This document shows, piece after piece, positions 1 to 14,873 of a stretch of DNA of 64,000 nt. Every line of letters starts with the position of its first letter. Within the stretch, counting starts at the first letter, position 1. The DNA comes from Salminus brasiliensis (taxonomy: Eukaryota). The position numbers and the translations under genes were made by a program. The stretch lies in NCBI RefSeq assembly GCF_030463535.1, contig NC_132885.1:19601786-19665785 (forward strand), read 5' to 3'. The notes beneath the pieces were generated by a model. That model worked only from the letters and a program-made list of their open reading frames with translations. It was not told the DNA's origin and did not search any database.

Positions 1-646
1 TTCTCCAACTCTCTGCATTTCTCCACATACTTTCACTCAAATTAGCATTTTTTTTTCTCCTCAAGGGTGATGGGGGAAACTCCACTATATGTGATTTCAT
101 CAGAAACCTGGTGTGACTGTCCTTTTTTCTCTTTTTTTCCACTCTGTTTCTCTCTCTGTCTTTTTTTTTATTTCACTGCAACATTACAGGAGATCGAGCA
201 ATATATTTTCTCATTTTGGAACTCAACTTCATATAAGTCGTCATGGGTGAAGCCGTTGTTGCTCTCTCTAAATATGAATATTAGATTTTTTTTTCCTTTT
301 TTTTTAATTTTCACCCCATTGCATTTGAGGGGGGTTTTATGACGTATAAGAAATGCAATAAGAGGAAACACATGTTCAGTCCTGCAGATCTCAGGGGAAG
401 TTCCCTGCTCCCTCCATCTCTGTGACACAATCTAATATCTGCAGTAATAATGCTGGATCTGCCCTAATGGAGCCATCTGCAGCCTCAGATTAATGATGGA
501 CTCTGGAATGGAGATATTAACATTTTCTCATTAGTGTCTTTTCCATGGAATACAGAGGGATACTGAGAACGAGGCAGGGAGACAAATGAAACAGAACCAA
601 AATAAGATATGGCCTACATACACTGTACAGAGCTGGAGCAGGCCGC

Positions 647-647
<1 letters not shown>

Positions 648-719
<72 letters not shown>
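648..719. repeat. (CA)n microsatellite, about 36 units.
   Basis: Perfect dinucleotide run. Confidence 0.95.
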
Positions 720-721
<2 letters not shown>

Positions 722-3700
722 TACAAAGCACATGCTACCTACACACAGAACGCATACAGCTTACAAACAACACAGCCTACACACATACAGAGGGAGTCAC
801 TGCCCCCATCATCCGAACACTAGTGAACTTGACACAGTCAAACAGCTTGTATTCCAAACTGGGTCATCTGACCTGTTTAATGCTAGCTTGTTAGGAATTG
901 CCGCCAGTGGTTCCAGCAGGCATTCACACCCTGATCAGTACCTTTTTACTCTCTTTTACTTCTCTCTTTTGACTTTCTGTGGTAAAGTTGAGAGCTCTAT
1001 CAGCTGTGTTTCAGCTGCTGAGTGTGGGGGAATCGAGCTGCAGAGTGTCTTCTGCTTCTGGCACCAAATATGATGGGTTTTTCATAAGCAACCATTAATC
1101 AGCCATGACTGGATAAAAACAGCCATTGCTATATGTGGCACTCTGTCTGTAAGTATGTGTATATCAGATTATATACTTGTTAAAGCGAAACAGTGCTTTT
1201 CAGCTCTGACAGCTCTGATGGTCTTTTCTTTTTAAAAGAGTTAATGGTATATATATTGAGACGGTGGAGTTGGTTTGAGTTCCAGCGATGTTGCAACCAA
1301 AAGAAAGTAGTACATTACTGATTAAAAAATCATAGATTATATTGCTGAGACTGATAACGCCCATAGTTATCAACATCAGTAAGTAATATGAGCCAGTCAA
1401 GCTTTCAGTCAGATTTGTGTATACATATCGTAGCTGTCACACAAAAACCTTGCATCTCCATTTTTGCCGTATTTCATTTTTCCGCAGAATTCAAATCTGG
1501 CAGTTGTTTTTTTTTACACTGTATCATAATGCATAATGAATGGACCAGTAGACTTGATCCAAAATTACTTGAAGTAAAGTCTTTGACTTACATTGGAAGT
1601 TCAGAAGCAACTTCTTGTCCTGTATTTTAAGGAAACTTCTAAACAAGTCCAACAATATATAGTTGGAAAAGATTGGCTAGCCCTGGTCAAATTACATTTT
1701 TATTGATTGTCTAATGAAAGTAAGTTAACAAATCCACTACAGAGAAAACACCATGAAACATTTTAATACATGTAAAACACAACATGTAAATGTATGAATT
1801 TATTTATTTGTTAAATGCCCTCTACCCCTGATACTTCTGTGGTTAACAAAACATATGGTCCCAGGTTCAAATCCCAGACAAGCCTAAAATCTAAAATGCA
1901 ATGCTTTTGATCCCAGAGTATGTTAGGCCAATGGTGGGATCATAACACTATTCATTAGTGGTTTATTCACTCTTTATTCTATTTTTTTTGTTGTGTTCTT
2001 GTTTGATTGTCCAATGTCAACCAGAGAAAGATGGGTTCCCCTTGGTTCCTTTGCTTCTTCCTTTTGCCCTGAGGGACTTTTTCCTTTTCCAGTATGTTCA
2101 ATTTGTGTTTATTTGCAAACCATTCCAAAATTATTTCATTTAAATGTTCACTTAAAAATGGACAAAACTGACCCATTTATTTCTGTTACTGAGGTCAGTA
2201 TTTTTTGGGTTAGATTAGGACATAAATAAATCTAGTTACAGATAGGTACGTACGAGTACTTATGTAACCCTATAGGACGGTTATGCATTCCCCCACATGG
2301 TTGCGTTGCACAACAGAAGCCAGAGTATGCTATGTCTACATAAGTGTAGTGCAGGCTTTAAAACATCAGCTACTTATTTAAAATTAAGTACAACACACTC
2401 CTGTTTCTAAACATCCATTTAGTTAAACCAAAGATATTCATTACTGGCTTTTAAACAAATCAGAGGAGTGTGCTCCTCACTCACGAAACAAAGTGTCGCT
2501 GTCCAGCTACTAATTAAATGATAATTAAAGGCAATCAATAATGGCCTATCTCTTGTGTGCTGTGAGGCATTCTCTCATTAATATGCCGCTGTCCCAGAAC
2601 TGCCCGCTCTTCTGTTAAGTGCCTTGTACATAAATGGGTCCTGGCTGTGACTGATCAGAGTACTGCCTACCTGTCATGCCTACTGGGTACCAGCCAGCCT
2701 GGCGCCCCATAACTCTGAAGTCTGTGGTCTGCTGACAGACTCAAAGCTTTAGCGTCTCCATGGAAACCGGTATCTTCCTGTCTCCTGTGAATGCAACACA
2801 ACTGTCCATCTTCATTAAGAGTGGAGTTCTCCACCACAGTGTGCCACAATCTGCCTTCAGGGCATCACAGTCATATCAGCTGTCCTTTTCACTCTCTCTG
2901 TCTCTCCTCCTCCCTCTTCACACACTCACTTTTTCCACCCACTTTTTTTTTTTTAACACCTCATTGTTTTCCTCACTTACCTTTTCTCTTGTTCATCCAA
3001 ATTGCTTAAACAGGCCAGGTGTGCACTGCAGAACCCAGGTGTATATTCATCCCCCTAAATGGCCCATGTCCTTAGGCCCAGCACGAGAGTTAATGAACCT
3101 CTTTGGCTTTTGATACGTCAGATACATGATATTTTTGTGGCTTCATTTTATGGCAGCATGATACGACCCAAAGACTGCCTTCAGCACCAATTCTGGAGCC
3201 TACCTCCACTGAGAACCTTATCTCCCTCTCAGAATGGTGCTCTCAGCTCCTAATTTAATCACTTGTGCTTTGTCTGATGCCTTATTTTCCATCCTGCTGC
3301 CGAAGCAATAGACCTTGCTCTCTGACATTCACAGACACACAATGGAAGATGGATGAACTGTGTGCGCTTCTAAAGCATTCACATGGAAAATCATTTCATA
3401 AAAGCTCAATGATTAATTGGCTCTGAGGAGATACACAAGGTCAGGCCTGAGCCCAGATCAGAGCCTCTTCAAACTACACACACACTTAACATTTACACGT
3501 TTGGTAACACACTTCCTTACTTACAGCCCTATTTCGAATCCTCTCAAGTGCAGATTTGCACAAATGCCTTCAGAGATCACTCTATACATTCCCAACTAAA
3601 CCAGTTAGGTGTTATTTACATAGTCAGGTTCTTTCCCCACAGCTATCCATCAAAGCATTCAAGCTAATGCATACAACTCACTTTATAAAGTTTTCTTCAG

Positions 3701-5272
3701 CCGAGCAGGTTCATATTCCTTTCTGTTAGTCATAGTACAATAGAGAGAACTCTTTAAAACCATCTAAAATACCAAAAAGAAATTCTATCAGTAGTCTTTT
3801 CTGTAAACTCTTCACCAAAAAACAAAGTCTAGTGACCACATGAAACCCTGAAAGTGGGATGATCCAGTTGTAGGTCAAACTTGTAGCCTACACAATATTT
3901 CCGGATGCCCACTGCTTGGTGAATCAGATAAATCAAAACATAGTTCACATAGTTCCACTCACTTTAGAGGGTAGTTCGAAAGACTTGCATCGGTAAAGTG
4001 AGTCATAACGCCCATCATTACAAAACCAGAATCACAAAGAACGACCCAACAAACCAAAAACCTGACAAGTGAACTTTGGTATAAGTAATTTCATAACCAG
4101 CTACACATTGAGTCAGGTCAGTGTTGCTTCCATAGTATTTTTTATTTTTATTATTTTTTTTTTAAACTTTCTTGTGCTTCTTAACTTGAACCTGCACATC
4201 ATAGTCTGTGTTCTGGTCTGACTGTTATGAGGATTGGAAATCGAACCAAACCAAACCGAATGAAAGATGAACTCCTCCCTGTAGACTGTATAGCATGCTA
4301 TTTTGACAGTCTGAAGGGTTATGACATCACTTTTCTGTTTTCACTCTCAAATTCCAGTTTTGTATTAAAAAAAAAAAAAGAGAGAATTTTTATAATTATA
4401 AAATTAAAAAATAATAAATTATTTCTGTGTGGGGTGTAGGCATAGTGTTCTATCACTGTTTAATAAAAAAGGTTTCAACTTGTGACCGGGCATCTGGGGC
4501 ACTCTGCTTCCCATTGTGTCCAACACCCATAACCATGATAAACACTGTTATTGTGTTACAAAATCACAGTGTAATAGATATATAGATACTTTCTTACCTA
4601 CACTATATGCCAATGTTTGTGAACACTGTTTGTGTAACCGTCTAATCAATGCATTTAGCTGCTTTAAGTTGCACCCATTCCTGACACAGATACGCAAACA
4701 GCTTGTCTAGTCCCTGAAGAGAAGTATTGCCAATTGAATAGTAAAGTAGGACACTCTGGAGCAGATAAACATAAACCTTTGGCATCATGCCTAATGCCAG
4801 GCCTGAGCTAAAGGGGTATAAAGCCCCTCAGTATTGGACTGTGGAGCTGTGGAACTGTGGAACTGCATTCTCTGGAATGATGGTGCTCCATTCAATGCTT
4901 TTAGGAGGGTTGGGAAGTGGTAATCATCCAACATCCTGACTTCACTAACTCTTTTTACTAACAGCATTGCTCCAAGTAGAAAGTCTTCTCTGGTGAGCAG
5001 AGACCGATATTCCAAAAATAACAGGATAAACTCTATTGTACCCTTAATTTCAGAAGAAACAATGAATTGGAAGGGTGCTGATGCTTTCGTCCATGTAGTG
5101 TGTTTACTTACTGTTTGCCTGGATAAATAGTGCTGTTTTTTAATGAGCAAAGGAGTTAAATCATTTAAAGCAGTTTTTAGTGGGAAATTACATGAAAGAA
5201 TGGTTTTCACAGCTTTTTAGCGCCATATCTAGCACCCATTACGTTCATTTTACTTACCTGTATTCCTGAATC

Positions 5273-5372
<100 letters not shown>

Positions 5373-8300
5373 CCCAGTGTTCTTAGTTAAGTGCAGTGGT
5401 GCATGAGGAGGCAGCTCACCTGATCCCTCATAGCTCTTTCACATGTAGATGAGGCTGTAAATGAAAGGTGGCTCAGAGGCACAGGCTCACACTCAGTCTC
5501 TCAAACGCTGCGCACACACAGGTTTGAAAACACCTGCTTTTGAATAATGACTATAAATGGGTTTTGTGTATATTGATTGCTACACGTCTATGCCACGCCG
5601 TCCACCCTCATGAATAGCTCTCGGGGGACTAGTTATTTCCTATCTGTGTCTCCACTCAACCTTCCAACAGCATTTTACCCAGAGTTTCCTGACCTCACAG
5701 AGTACCTCTCTTTCTGTGTCATAGAGAAGGATGAGCGCACTCATGGTGACTCCCCGGCCAGGCGGAATGAGAGGACACGCGTCAGAGGATGTAGAGGAGG
5801 AGTGTGTGTGAGGGGGGGGGCACGTTGAGGGATCTTTTGCAGACTCCCTACCCGAGCGTAGATCCACATAATTACCCCAATCTTAATTACATTGTTGAAG
5901 AAGCCTGGAAATCTTCCACTGACACAAAAGAATCAGAGATGTATTGGACTCATTAGCATAGATATTAGGCTCCCATTCTGCTTCCGTAGCCTGAGCAGGG
6001 CAGCAGCGCCAAAGCCACCCCCCCCCTCCCTTCCCTCGTTCAGCAGCAGCAGCAGGATCCGCTCAAACTGCTCTCTTGAGAAACTCCCCTCCAAAGCAGG
6101 ACTTGGCTGCACGAAGCAAGGCTTTTCAGCAGGATTAAAAGCATTTCAGAGTCTTTAAACTGACACATTGCAGACTCCACTGCCTGGATTAACAGCTGCT
6201 AAAGCTAATGGAAGACCGCTCGAGTTTGAAGCACTAAGCTGCCCATCCTTCGTGGTGGTTGGAAAGGCCCACTCAGTATGACCCCGTTTTACTTCCCGCG
6301 TCAAGCTGCTGCTCTGCCATCCAACAGCCAGCCTTTCCCTTTTTCTGTATTCCTTCCCGCTTTCCATGTTTGCTTCTCCGGTCATATTTACCAACCACAT
6401 CCCTCGCCTTTTCTTATCTCTCCTCAAACAGCTTCTCTCTGTTCTCCTCATGGCGCTGCTCTCCTTCCTTGCCCCCACTGTTCTCTTTTACCTGCTTCCT
6501 CCTGTGTGCACCGTCATTTTTAAAAAATGTACTACAGCCAAAAATCAAATTGACTCAGTTTTCTCCAGGCGATCAGACAAGACATGTTCAGTGTCCAAAG
6601 CTTGCCTCCTTCATTTTGCAAGCAGAGCTACAAGGCTCATAACGCTACCTAGTAATACAACTAGTAGCTAGTTCTTACTCAAGCAACTCACACTGGACAG
6701 ACTACAGAAGTCGAAGTAGACGTGGGGTCCGACACTGTATAGTATGCTATTAACATGGAAAATGTACCGTACTTTTGTCCTATTTTATATTTCCTCACTT
6801 ATAATATTTGTATGGTTTTATTGAGCAAAAACCTTTTTTTAAACCGTTTTGTCCTCTAAAATTAATCACATATTTCCTCGATATTTTAGTTACTGTGCCT
6901 TAAAGGATGACCTCTGCAACAGAGCTCTGCTCTGACAGACTGTTCTGTACTGTAACCGACAAACACTCCATATAACTTCAGCATGAAGAGAAGTGGTTAA
7001 ATTGCTGTAGGCTAAGTAGGTGGATATGTGTCCTGTAAATGTGCTTGGTTTTGTGACATTACTTAATTTCTAAATATAGACAAATGACACAGTGTTTACA
7101 GACCACATTGTCTGAATAATTGATGAGCCCTTCAACAATTACAAAGTGCTACTTTCTCAGGTTTACGCTTCCTTTACTAGTGTAGATGTAAACAGTAGAC
7201 ACCAAACAAGTGCTGGCTGATAGAGCACATTTCAGAAAAAGGGAAGAATTGTGTAAATTAGATTTTTCGCCAGACAATCGCGCTAACTCTCATTACTTGC
7301 TTGCTTCTCACTTGTTCTTCTGTGCCTTATTCCTTCTTCTCGCAGTATTCCCTCTTCTCCTTTAGCTCCATTCAGTTCAATCCTGCCCCACCTCCCCAAC
7401 CCCTCATCCACTCTTCAGCAGCTCCTCACGGCTCCACCTTCACCTGTCACCACTCCAGTCGAATCCACTTACAATCTGCAAGGCTGCAAATGAGCCTCCC
7501 CTCTGACAGCTTCAGAGAAGAGAGCACACCAAAGCACAGTGTGTTTACCAGCAGACCTCCTCCACCACTCCTGCCTCTGCCTGCACAACGCCAACGAGAT
7601 GAACTCCTCATGCTCCTGAATATGCAAGTGGGACACAGTTTAGATTGTGGGTGATTGGCAGTCCTAAGGACCCCTTCATCTGTCAGTTTGGGTTGGAATT
7701 AGCAGCTAGCAATTAACTTATTCAGCCCTAATGAGTGCTCATGATTTTGTGTCATCAACAGGGCCTTTGAAAGATTGCCATTCTAATAATGGAATTGGAA
7801 GCGCACAGAAAAGCATGGATCTCACTTCATTTGCAGCTCACATGTATTTTAGTGTGGCATATTTTTTCAGGATAGAATATGGCAGGCTCTTGTCAGAGTG
7901 AAAAAATAGCCCTGTTGGCGATGCTTCCCTACTGCTGGAGGAAATACGCCTGTACTTTCTCTGAAGACTTGAGAACGGCCCACAAAGAGTTTGCATTCAT
8001 CATTTGCCTTGAAAATGTCAGTTGATCTGTTTGTTTACATGAGTGAAATTAACAGAAATAAACCAGTTTGATTTTGTATTTGCGAGTTCTTGGCAAAAGA
8101 ACTGAATTATCTGGAAACAGTGTGCTTGTTGCATCAATAAATAAAGCGAATGAAAAGCAGCTTTATCTCGGTACAGCAGTGCGGTTTGGCAATTAAGCGG
8201 GGCTAACGACAAATTGGACACACTCAGCAGGGGTGGAAACTCGCTGTCTAACACAGCCTCTTAGAAAATCACAAACGCACTCTAATCATTTTCTGTGTTA

Positions 8301-9289
8301 ACGTTTTCGTCCCTGCCCCCCATCTCTCTCTCCCCTCATGTCTATCAGAGCTGCTGCTGCTGCTCAGCAGCCCTCATCCCACCCTGAGCTCTCGGCTGCC
8401 TGATTTGCTTCATTTTGGACTCGTCTCCCTTGTTGCTCTCGCTCTTTTTTCTTTTTTTTAATCATTTTATTGATTTTCATTCAATTGTCAGCTGAAGAGA
8501 AATGCTCTGCAATTTTATGGTGAGTGTGGTAGACCGTGGTTTAATTAGCTTATTTAATCATGCCTGGTAAAGTCAGGGAGGATTCTGTAAGCTTTTAATT
8601 GGGTCTCTTTTTTTTTTGTTGTTTTGTTTTTGAGCCACAGTGAGGTTCCCCCAGGTATTCAGACCACACCTTGTGTTGTCTAGGGAAACAGGGTAACCCT
8701 GGAAACCATGAAGATGGTGGAGCAGTGCTATGGCTGTATTCATGTACAAGGCTATTAAAAAATTACATCTTCCTACACATTTGCCTTGGGCTACAGTTTA
8801 ACCAGTGATACCAGCTCAGGAACTGACAGGGAAAAGTGGTCCAGAGGGACACAAGGCACATGGAGGACAGACTTGCGAATGCTCCTTGCGAATGCTCCTG
8901 ACCTGACAAAATTCTCCTGACACTGCTTTTTTTTTTTAAACCTCTGTCAACACACCTCCCCCTCCACTTGCTGTTTCCCTCCTTCTTTCTCGCTCACATG
9001 TGCTATATATAAAAGCTCACCTGACACAAAAATTAGTCACATGCACTACTTCTTTTCTAATACTTTGTTACATGTCTCTTTGCCTTAATAACAACACCAG
9101 TCTTATCAGGTAAGGATTACACTGGTTCTTTTCAGCCCACTCTCCCATGGACTGGGTGCACACTTCAGCTAGAGATGCTCATAGACCAAATCAGAATGCA
9201 TGTAAGCATGCAGGTTGGCGGTACTTTTGGGCGGAGAAGTAGCGACTGGAACAGACTACACTAAAGACGTTTACATAAAAACAAGGTGA

Positions 9290-9690
9290 AATCTTGTTGT
9301 GTTTCGGGGCTGTAATGCCTGATATCCCACTGTATGTAGTGGATCAAGCTTCACCTCTCAAAAGCAACCACAGCTGGGGTCAGAGTGTTGGTGTTCCAGC
9401 ACCTTTGCCTCATGCGAAGGCAACAGCAGACAGGGATGTTGAGCTTCTTCACAAGGTCACAGGTAAGGTTCTCCTTTAATGTCTCTTCCATGAAGATTGT
9501 TTGTGCAAGTAGTGATGCACTGTGGCAAGGTGCATCTCCACTCTTGACTCAGCTAAAACTTCCCACAGGTTCTTGGCAGCCATATGGGGGTTTTGATCTT
9601 GTAGATCATCTCGACCTCCACTGTTTTCCAAAGCTGCCATATCTTTAACCTTCCACATTTTGATATTGCAAGTTGAACACACCTCGTTAG
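9290..9690 (-). mobile_element. Tc1/mariner-like transposase relic.
   Basis: The - strand ORF 9476..9682 reads ...LQDQNPHMAAKNLWEVL..., a degenerate version of the Tc1 motif SPDLNPIENLW. Confidence 0.4.
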
Positions 9691-10854
9691 CTTGTGCCTT
9701 GGCCTTGTGAAACTTTAGTTGTAGACCTGTTTTCAGATCTTTCTACAGTTGCATAGAGGAGCTCATATTTGAGTGTTAGTAAAATGTTTGAAGAGAAAAT
9801 TCCTAAAGCTTGGATATCTGATTCAGCTGACTTCCTCATTACAGTTGGTTGCATGCCTCAGGCCTGATTTGCTAGTCAAGTTCTGAGACCTTGCAACACT
9901 TGGGTTGTACGCACTTTTGTACTGTTGATTAGCAACAGTGGTTACGTTCACTGGGCCAAGGGGTCCAAACTTTAGCATACCGCTATACATAGATGAGGAA
10001 AGAGCTTGCTGTGAATTAATTAGCCTGACCTCTTTGTGGTTTACCTACCATTAATTCTGACCTGCCCACTGCGCAACCTTCTAATGGATCTTTCTCTCTC
10101 TATATCTCGCTCTCTCGCTTGATCTCGCATGCACAGAAGCACTCGCAGTGATCACCATTTGAACGTCTGCGGCTCTGTATCTGTGGGTACTGAATCTGGC
10201 TGCCACTGTTACCATGTTTTGGGACTTGCGTAATGCAAAACTAAAAGTGTGTCTGGTCATTTGGCTGTTTTTCTCACTTTGCACTTTTCCCCAGAGACTA
10301 ATTAAATATACACAAACTTACAGCAATGCAGAGTCTCAGCCATCGCTCAAACAAGACAGCACCCATACATGATGTATGGCACTGGCACAGATGTATGATT
10401 GAAGAGGGCTTTATATGCATGCCACAGTGCATATACTCTACATAATTATCCACAAAGAATCGACTGTGAGCCGCCGCAAACCAGGCCCACGCTGCTTCAG
10501 CTGCTTAAATAAATTACCTAATGAATGTAAATGAGTTTGTCGGCCACAGTTGTGTCCCTGTGCATTAAGGTTAAGGGCTTTAAGAAAATCAAGTATGTGC
10601 ATGTAAGCAAGGTGTCGATAAACGCTGTCTGAGGTAGGTCAGGTAATAAGCTTGACTCTATAAAAGCAATCAATAATAAGGATTCATTTGTTGCCAGAAC
10701 ATTTATTTTATGTAATTATTTTTCATTTTTTGTAAAAGAGTTGTTGCTAGGCCTAAGTTGTTGGATTGGTTTTTTGTCACAGTTTGTTTCCCCAAAGCCC
10801 CACCTATTAATAGTTAGCTTAGTAAAGCTATGGGTGGACAGTGATTGTGGTGTG

Positions 10855-10946
<92 letters not shown>
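10855..10946. repeat. Compound (GT)~16(AT)~29 microsatellite.
   Basis: Perfect runs. Confidence 0.95.
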
Positions 10947-10950
<4 letters not shown>

Positions 10951-11589
10951 TTAGGGCTGCCCCCTGAAAGTTGAGGAGTTGACTCATCAGGCGGAGACCT
11001 GTCAGTCAACTGAGATTCTTTATGTCGAGCAGTCAAGAAGGTATTTTTTGGTAAAACAGACACAAGCTTACAAACATGCACACGGATTACATTTTTATGA
11101 AAAATCATGAATAATGGTTATCATAAATATATTTGTATATTCTATGGGGAGTATCTGGCATGCTTACTAAAAGAATATGTACATGATATGAGCTTGATAG
11201 AAGCTAAAGCTGAGAAGCTGGCGCAGTGGGAGTGGTAAGTTAGGCTAGCAATAATGATGTTTCAGAAAAGGTCAAAAGTAGGAGAATTCTCACAAACTTG
11301 AATGCAAGCTCTGTATGCCAGAATTCCCTTATCATTCAACAACAGTGAACACGGCAAAGCACTTAAAATGAGTAAGGAGCTAATTCTAAACATATGACAG
11401 ACCCAGTAGAGATATACATAACATTGGAAAGTATGACCATGCATCAGCCTTGTGATTTATCTAGGCCAGGCCAGTCCTTTTAGACTTGTTAGCTGTTTAT
11501 TGTGCAGAAAAAAGAGACTGAGGACAAATACAGATACTAGTCACTGGTCTAGATACAAGTGAGCAGGTGTAAACAGGGTTCTAGTTCTT

Positions 11590-11880
11590 TCTCCGTTTGG
11601 CCATATGCCATTAAGGTTTTACACAATGTGTGCCTTGCGTTAGGACACCATTTCTCATGTACTTTTGGAGTGAGTTGGAGTGAGCGTGAGTTAGTGCTTG
11701 ACAATGTGTTCTCAAATCAATGCTGCTATTAATGAAACATTTTACCTGGATTATGGTTAATGAATGATTGTATAAGCTGCAAGAGCTGCTCAGTTGGCTC
11801 TGTGTTTGGTAGTATGTTTTTAAGGGGACAGTACATAAACACACACAATGGAGAAGTACTAACAGAATGCTGAAAAACAA
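11590..11880. repeat. Unclassified interspersed repeat, family R2 copy 1.
   Basis: It shares ...ttttaaggggacagtacataaacacacaca.tgg.gaag with 22556-22610. Confidence 0.35.
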
Positions 11881-13793
11881 TTAAATAATTACCATATAAG
11901 ACTTCAGATCCGATCCAGAGTTTCTGAATGTTGGATTTGCTTTTCGATTAATTGTCACACTGCATTACTGTTGCACGGATAACCGAATACAATACTATTG
12001 TACGTTTATCACCTCAGCTTAGTTGTAGATTCTTGTATGATTCATCGCTTCACAAAGACCTTGCTGATAGAAAACAACACGCATTCAACCCAGCTTTCGT
12101 CTTTTAATTTCTGTGGCTCAGCCGGCAAACTCCAAATTAGAAGGAAACTCGGCAGACGCTTTGGTGTGTGCCAATCCAATCTGATAGTGGTTCCAGTCTA
12201 AGAGATTCTGCAGTAATTCTCTGGCAAATGATTGCAGCATTCCAGGAGTAATTCCCTGTGGAATAGCTGTCAGGGGCAGAAGAGAGTCCCCTCAGTGTGT
12301 AGCCAGGCAATGATGGCTCATTTCAGAGTGTAGGCAAAATTCCATTGTGCTTTTATAGCGGAGAAGAAATGCCTGTTAGCTGTGAAAATGTGTCTGAAAA
12401 GCTCAAGCAGAGTGCTGGAGACACACACACCACACAGAGACCTCTCAGGCCATCCTTGTGCTCTCACCAATCTGAGAGAAGGGGTGAAATTCTGCCGACA
12501 GATGGTCTCGACTTGAGGCAGCCCCATATATAGAACCATGGTGTTCTCACAAAAGAACTGAATACACTGAATAATGACTTTCTGATGCTTTTCATTTAAT
12601 GGTTGAAACGTGCATTCTCTTTTGTTTTGATACAGCAGATACAGCAAATCTTGTTTCATGCGGCACTTTGCACAGTTAGTGTACCACTGTGATGAACTGA
12701 ACGCTGATTTGTGCCATTTCACCTCTCGGACGATCCGTAATTTACTTTCTGTCTGCCACTTTGAGGATCGCTGCAGAAGGCTGAAGGTACTTTGTGAGTT
12801 GAGTGACGCTCCAGTGGTGTTGAAATGGTTCCGGCATGTTGAATGTTGTGCAGGGTGACCACATCAGAACTGTTCAGGGCAGCAGATCATTCTAGTCTAG
12901 TTTACTTTGACAGTGTGTACAGTATAAGCCTGTTATTGGGCTGCTGTAAATCTTCAGCTTACAGCATGTCTTGGAAAAGAAGCAATACAAACTGCCCACA
13001 GTTTGAAATTATGCAGTGACCACAACAACCCTTACTGAAGGTCAACAGCTTATATTGGCCAAGAGTTCAAATTACTCTAAAAACGCAGTTTTTACTGCCT
13101 CATTACAGTGGTAGTTTTTACTGCCTCATTAGGTGGTAGTAATCATTCGGCATCCTGAACCTACTAATTCTTGCTGCTGAATGCAATCAAATCCTTTTAG
13201 CACTGACGTACCTTTGCTGACAACAGGGAAGAGGCTGGCCTGTGTGTTAGGACCATGAGGGTATGTGCTGCTGCCCCTGGCCTGCTGGAGAAGCTCCAGG
13301 CTTTGGCCTGCTGCTCAGGCCCTTACTCCAGCTACAGCCAGAGATGTGCTGCAGGGATTATGGCACCAAAGTGTCAGTGGAAAATTGGATTTTTAGCAAA
13401 GAGCCATTAAAGCATGAAAAAAAGAGAAAATGTTAAGTTTTGCAGCTGCTCATGAATTTTTAGGTATTAAAAGACACGGGTGGGGGGGCTTTGCACATTC
13501 ACAGCTAATCCCTCCAATTTGGTACTTGCTCGATAAGAGGTGCCGTGTTTGTGCGCATGTGGTTGCATGTGTGTGTGTGTGTTTGCACATGTGCTTGTGA
13601 GAGTCGCTGAGTGTGAGAAAGTGTGCAGTGCAGAACCATATGGTTAATATGTGTTTAGATGACTGTTAGGTCTGCTTGCACAAGGCTCTGCCTGTGCCAG
13701 AATAGCAGATATGCTCATGTAGGACATCAGCTCGGTTTTCTTATAAGTTTAGACGTATGTCTTTATTAGCAAATATGTGCGTATTAGCTGCGT

Positions 13794-13794
13794 G

Positions 13795-13866
<72 letters not shown>
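13794..13866. repeat. (TG)~33 microsatellite followed by GCGCGC.
   Basis: Perfect run. Confidence 0.95.
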
Positions 13867-13867
<1 letters not shown>

Positions 13868-14873
13868 CACGCTCCTGCTTACTTAAGAGTTGGCTTTTCT
13901 AAATCCTTTCATGGTGTGAAATGGCAGGCTGTGGCTGTGGCGGTCACACCTGATGCACCTGTGCGTAATCCAATCTAAGCACTGTGGGAGCCTGCAGCTC
14001 AGCTTTCCTCGACTGCTTCCAACAGACATCTTATTCTCTGTCCCAGTGCAGCTCCTCTATCCTGTACAACAACTCCTTTCCTGTCCACATTACAGGTGTC
14101 CTAAGTCTACCGTACCCCCATATAGAAGTATAATCCATAGATTGTACATCCAAATGATTGTAGGCACAACTTCTAATAAGTGAATCCACCATCACTGAAG
14201 GGCACCTTGAGCCTGACGTCCCCTAGCTGAATGCCATTAAGGGTAAAAATCATTTCATAATATTACCCTTGATTGTGGATAATATGACATTTTGAATCAG
14301 GATTCTTGCGTTTAATTTGAACTGAATTAAATAAACATGCTATTTTGCACCCCGTTGGAAATTACTGGGGTCTTGAACTCCATATGGTTGACCATTACAG
14401 CAAACACTGAAACAGGCATATGTGGTTTCCTTGTACAGCACCACTGATTTATCAATGTAAAGATTCCTGAAGTTGCTTATAATATGTATTGAAGAATGTA
14501 CTGATTTTTGGGGAGCAAGGTTTTTCAGGTACTTTTTTTTGTATTTCCAAACTTTAAAAAGCAAAATGTTTTTCAATGTGTAGTTTTTTTTATGTTGTGG
14601 TTTATTTAAATTTGTAATTTCAAGGTCAAAGTTGAGTTTAGCGACAAAGACGTGCTGTTGTGATCTCAGAAATAAACCAAAAAATGATTGAATGTTCTGT
14701 AATGATGTATAAGTGAAGGTGATGGTTATATAGAATAAGGATCATGTTTAAATGGTTCTTCATGTAAATGGTAAAGAAACTGTGTATGGTTATTCATGGT
14801 AAGTTTGGTACTATGTATAACTAGACTTGTAGAAGTGTAAAGCAATTCTTTTATCTTTTTGCATTTTCTATAG

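Noticed and set aside
517-1073. ORFs 517..726, 531..731, 586..894 and 609..1073, which translate to poly-(CV)/(HT)/(TH) peptides.
   Set aside because: They are translations of the (CA)n microsatellite, not genes. The same applies to ORFs over the repeats at 10716-11108, 13757-13978, 18641-19112 and 20618-21190, and to the N-terminal part of 52930-53298.
9385-9648. The + strand ORFs 9294..9479 and 9385..9648.
   Set aside because: They lie within a decayed Tc1-like relic whose recognisable transposase motif is on the - strand. There is no independent support for them.
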